A stretch of 64,000 nucleotides of DNA from Vicugna vicugna (lineage: Eukaryota), in the NCBI GenBank assembly GCA_013265495.1, contig MU057989.1, positions 635,513-699,512 of the forward strand, in the 5' to 3' direction. Under the pieces are notes generated by a model. That model was not told the origin of the DNA. It ran no database searches and saw only the letters and a program-made list of their open reading frames with translations. This document shows positions 63,125 to 64,000 of the stretch, piece by piece (within the stretch, counting starts at the first letter, position 1; every line of letters begins with the position of its first letter). The position numbers were made by a program, and so were the translations under genes.

Positions 63125-64000
63125 CACCTGACTGGCTTTAAGGCTTTCAGGCTGGTCTTCAGAGAAGTGAGGGTAGATCTGGGGGCCTGTGCACAGATGA
63201 GCTTAGCCAGGCCTCGTTCACACTCGAAGCTTCATTACGGTTCCTCACTAGTTCTTACCTGGAGAGTTTGCACAATTGAGCAAAAAGTAACATTTCCCCC
63301 TCCATAATGATTTAAAATGTCTTTCTTCAAATTGAACCTATGTTAAACAGCACGTTTAAAGCTTACCTCTATTAAAGTTCACATGTGAGAGATTTTGTTG
63401 TTCAGCAGATGCCTCTGAGGTAGAATATGTACATGGACTTAGTACTCAGGCCATTCTCCAAGATCTCCACGGTGATAAAGCACACTTGGTTCCTGTAATT
63501 TTTCACCTGTGGAAAGCCAAAAGCATCTAAGAGTAATTAGACAGATATTGTCATTTTATGCCATTTCTTCCAGGGAGGTACAAGAGCATGTGGGTCTTTG
63601 GAGTAACAACACCCTTGTCAAATACTGAGTTCCAGCTTGGTTAGCCGACTAATTATCCCACAGCACAACAGGGGAGAGAGTTCCAAGGTCCTGTCAGAGC
63701 AGTTCTATCACAGGCAGAAAAATGTGTGCATCTTGGAAGAGTATAGTTTTTACTGAAATATGGGAAAGAGTCCCATGAAGGGCAGTCACCACAGAAACAA
63801 GATAATCCCCAAATCCAGAAAAACCATCTCTTAGGCCTACGCTGGTCCAAGGCCTCCAGCTCTCAGAGGCTCTATCAGCAAGCAATGAAATGGGGGGTGG
63901 GGAGGGAAATGTACACTTGAACTCTCAGGAAAAAACAAAAGACAGGAAGACAGGAGGCTCATCCCTCACTGATACAACCAATTTTTCCAAATCAGTAAAA

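Overview
Mammalian genomic DNA containing the conserved CLUAP1 - NLRC3 - SLX4 locus. It is most likely from a camelid, because it carries four tRNA-derived SINEs resembling Vic-1. The + strand holds the last two coding exons and 3' UTR of CLUAP1 (IFT38). The - strand holds the complete NLRC3 CDS (17 coding exons, 3198 nt, 1065 aa: NACHT exon plus a run of 84-nt LRR exons) and the complete SLX4 CDS (14 coding exons, 5349 nt, 1782 aa by my splice reconstruction). All reconstructed introns are GT-AG and the phases join without frameshift. Introns hold L1, L2, MIR, LTR (MER21, MLT1) and hAT MER elements; repeat family names come from recalled consensus sequences, not a search. I found no new multi-gene system. 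The most interesting signals are candidate splicing and translation controls: (1) a MIR-derived 62-nt NLRC3 leader exon that would toggle between a 34-aa N-terminal extension and start-overlapping uORFs; (2) a decayed human-type SLX4 start codon and an out-of-frame second donor on the first SLX4 coding exon; (3) an in-frame CLUAP1 cassette-exon candidate next to (UG)13; (4) head-to-head poly(A) signals between CLUAP1 and NLRC3. Comparisons with human proteins rely on my recall and need checking by alignment.
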